DNA of 63,880 nucleotides, filler included, from Basidiobolus ranarum (lineage: Eukaryota), in the NCBI GenBank assembly GCA_040143965.1. It is 55 parts of 55 records of this genome, joined end to end, with 100 filler letters (N's around TTAATTAATTAA, not from the genome) between each part and the next. Parts side by side here need not be neighbours in the genome. Positions count along the whole stretch, not along the records: positions 62,823 to 63,880 come from JASJQH010006636.1; 54 more parts are not named here. One strand, given 5' to 3'. The translations under genes were made by a program, and so were the position numbers. How positions within the stretch are numbered: the stretch's first letter is position 1; every line of letters begins with the position of its first letter. Positions 62,823-63,880 of this stretch are shown one piece after another. Under the pieces are notes generated by a model that saw only the letters and a program-made list of their open reading frames with translations, searched no databases and was not told where the DNA came from.

Positions 62823-63880
62823 TACAGTTTACCATGCTGGTCATTATTTCTTCTATGAAGCCTCTGGCTTTCATAGCACAAGAATTTGTGACAATAATAG
62901 CAGGGCTTCTTTAAATGTTTGTGTTGCAGCATGAGAAGGATATTGTAGATAAAAAAACACCTCTTATGTAAGGGTGGTATTTTAGGTATAGCCCATCAAT
63001 ATCATGAGCTGATTCTGGGACAGTGTCACAGATGAGTCATCAGGGGATTTACAAGATATTTCCGGTAATAGATGGCAATTTTAATTTATTTTAAGCTGTT
63101 TCTAAGCAATTTCATTACACCAAGTTTACCATCTGAAAATTTCAATGCCATTCAAAAAGCATTAAAAATCTAAATCAAAATTGGCTTCCAAGCCAAAGCC
63201 TGCTTGTGCAAAAGGAAAAAAACCAGCAAGAATAGAAGACTTAATTGATGAGCAGTCTAGCAATCCACTATCCACTTTAGAAGGCATTAACATGCTGGAA
63301 ACTTACTCAAGTAATGATGAAGCAGTAATCAATTTACCAGATATGTTCCTTTCCCGCAATAGTGTAAGTAAAGAGATTGTGATCCCCCAATTAAGTAGTA
63401 AATAAATAGTTGAGCAAAGGTCAACCAAGACACTGTCAAGACCATCAACTTCCAAAATGGCTACTTTGCCCACTATTGAACAACCCTCCATAGAAAATTT
63501 GGATAGAACTTTTATAACCAGGGAATTGCAGGCAGAACACCACAATGATTTGTATGCAATCATAAGTAGCAAGTACAAAATTGCCATACAGGCCATGACA
63601 AGCAATAACACTGCAATATTGCAATTAATGCAGTGCTCAGAAGCAACTAGTCAGCTGTAAGAGAGTCACTCAACAATGATACCAGACCTTCCAAATGGTG
63701 TACTTGAGCTACAGCAACATGCTGCTCCCTCCATCCTTTCTCATATGGGATTTCAATCAATCCCACACCATACATATAAACATCACCGTGACAATCTAGC
63801 AGAGCAGAATATGTGTTGGACCATTAAGCCTACACAATGACCTGAAATTGCTTGGGCACATGAAAGTAGAAATCTCATAG
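62823..63880. mobile_element. CACTA centre: transposase start (-, ATG 62932) and ORF2 N-terminal half (+, ATG 63145)
   Basis: Fourth copy of the divergent junction; 212-bp spacer. Confidence 0.82.
63031..63041. promoter_or_regulatory. GATGAGTCATC palindrome (GCN4/AP-1-type bZIP site) at the centre of the divergent spacer
   Basis: Also at 6254-6264 and ~33264; one mismatch at ~48245. Confidence 0.5.

Overview
This is not contiguous DNA. It is 55 unlinked short contigs (1068 down to 1058 bp, sorted by length) joined by an artificial 100-bp spacer (44 N + TTAATTAATTAA + 44 N), so adjacency across spacers is meaningless. The source is an AT-rich eukaryote, by inference an early-diverging fungus (short GT-AG introns, a CBM5/12 chitin-binding tail, a bacterial-type NRPS thioesterase; Basidiobolus-like is a guess). 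Most contigs are decayed, nested transposons. About 21 contigs carry pieces of one EnSpm/CACTA-type (Transposase_21) family. Overlaps between them reconstruct CCC-terminus - unknown ORF2 (leftward) - ~211-bp spacer with a central ATGA(C/G)TCAT palindrome - transposase (rightward) - CCC-terminus. There are also at least three Copia families (two primed by half tRNA-iMet, one of these with TG...TA LTR ends), Gypsy/chromovirus pieces and unclassified repeats. Transposon copies show strong CpG deamination on both strands. Host gene fragments: xanthine dehydrogenase (in-frame TGA), cyclophilin H (premature TAA), pirin, two tandem NADP-dependent oxidoreductases, an NRPS thioesterase, a chitin-binding C-terminus, an orphan secreted protein and a decayed Kelch-like/SNF2 frame. 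All family assignments come from motif recognition by eye; no searches were run.
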